Positions 15,705 to 16,273 of a stretch of DNA of 16,273 bases are shown here, one piece after another. The notes under the pieces were generated by a model that was given only the letters and a program-made list of their open reading frames with translations, did not search any database and was not told where the DNA came from. The first letter of the stretch is position 1. Every line of letters starts with the position of its first letter. The stretch lies in the IMG/VR virus record IMGVR_UViG_2802429239_000001, positions 1 to 16,273 of that record. One strand, written 5' to 3'. The stretch comes from a virus. Lineage: Duplodnaviria; Heunggongvirae; Uroviricota; Caudoviricetes. The translations under genes were made by a program, and so were the position numbers.

Positions 15705-15713
15705 TCGTGTAAA
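15686..15713 (-). promoter_or_regulatory. Candidate leftward sigma70 promoter overlapping the LexA box
   Basis: On the minus strand: TTTACA (-35), 16-nt spacer, TACAGT (-10, inside the LexA box). Would transcribe toward the lysis and tail genes. Confidence 0.4.
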
Positions 15714-15725
15714 ATGATACTCCAG

Positions 15726-15756
15726 TTGACAAGAAACATAACGCAAACAATATATT
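15726..15756 (+). promoter_or_regulatory. Candidate rightward sigma70 promoter for the Mor/C-like activator gene
   Basis: Consensus -35 TTGACA, then 18-19 nt spacer to ATATAT/TATATT; about 20 bp downstream of the LexA box and about 170 bp upstream of the activator ATG. Confidence 0.4.
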
Positions 15757-15925
15757 TATTTTGTGAATTTATGACGTTCATTGATATTAAAAATTTATAT
15801 TTTTGGTGATTGTTTATTTGTTTGTTGAATGTATTGAGTAGCAGTAATGACAACTGCTTAGCGTATATCCGTGGTTTTACACGCATCGGGTCTTATACAG
15901 GATGCAAGATATATGGAGATGAAAA

Positions 15926-16273
15926 ATGATACGAAAATCAAAAGAGATGGCCCGGACACCGGAGATCATTAACGACCTGGCGTTTCATGCATCGCAAGTT
16001 CTGATTGAGAGCATCAATCTCGACAGTTCATCGGCGGAAAATGTGGGCTTTGCCATTGCCGACCGAATGATGCGTAACTGGGGTGGGCAAAGCATTTATT
16101 TCCCGAAAGGGATCTCCGGACGGGCGTCGGAGCGTGACTACCAAATCTATAGCGAGTGCGATGGTCGCAACTACGCCGAATTAGCGAAGAAATATAATCT
16201 GACGTTGCAATGGATTTATAAGATAGTGAAACGCGTACATGCGGAAAAGCAACAGCGCCGTAGTAATTCGTAA
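15926..16273 (+). CDS. Mor/C-family transcriptional activator (phage Mu middle/late activator family)
   Basis: 115 aa; GGQSIYFPKG...RDYQIYSECDGRNYAELAKKYNLTLQWIYKIVKR aligns with the Mu Mor C-terminal region (GGGQVYIPRG...RDLRIWNDFNGRNVSELTTRYGVTFNTVYKAIRR, from memory). GGAG RBS 8 nt upstream. Confidence 0.8.
   Translation: MIRKSKEMARTPEIINDLAFHASQVLIESINLDSSSAENVGFAIADRMMRNWGGQSIYFPKGISGRASERDYQIYSECDGRNYAELAKKYNLTLQWIYKIVKRVHAEKQQRRSNS

Noticed and set aside
15617-15886. 89-aa minus-strand and 61-aa plus-strand ORFs in the AT-rich control region
   Set aside because: They lie in low-complexity AT-rich DNA that carries the LexA box and promoter elements, with no convincing RBS; this is more plausibly regulatory DNA than coding.
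1-16273. tRNA genes, integrase or transposase genes, and attachment-site direct repeats
   Set aside because: None recognisable by eye. The window probably does not include the element boundaries, except possibly near 800, so absence here is not informative about mobility.

Overview
The window is dominated by one long minus-strand gene array (about 806..14020) encoding a complete Mu/P2-type contractile (myovirus-like) tail. In transcription order (right to left) it runs: tail-completion-like proteins, sheath, tube, assembly chaperone, tape measure, gpU-like, gpX-like, gpD-like hub, gpV spike, gpW, gpJ, gpI, a repeat-rich tail fiber, a putative fiber chaperone and a small papain-like protein. 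Immediately upstream on the same strand (14166..15388) is a three-gene lysis cassette: holin-like membrane protein, signal-peptide lytic transglycosylase, and a membrane-anchored coiled-coil protein. To its right, an AT-rich control region (15389..15925) carries a near-consensus LexA box and precedes a plus-strand Mor/C-family activator gene (15926..16273). The left edge holds a convergent plus-strand Pol-beta-superfamily nucleotidyltransferase with a hairpin terminator. I see no capsid, portal, terminase, integrase, transposase, tRNA or CRISPR in the window. The leading hypothesis is an SOS-inducible phage-tail-like bacteriocin (tailocin) locus; the alternative is the lysis-plus-tail half of a Mu/P2-like prophage whose head genes lie outside the window. 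All protein calls rest on my recollection of family motifs, not on database searches. Coordinates of small sites are from manual reading and may be off by 1-2 nt; CDS coordinates follow the supplied ORF track.
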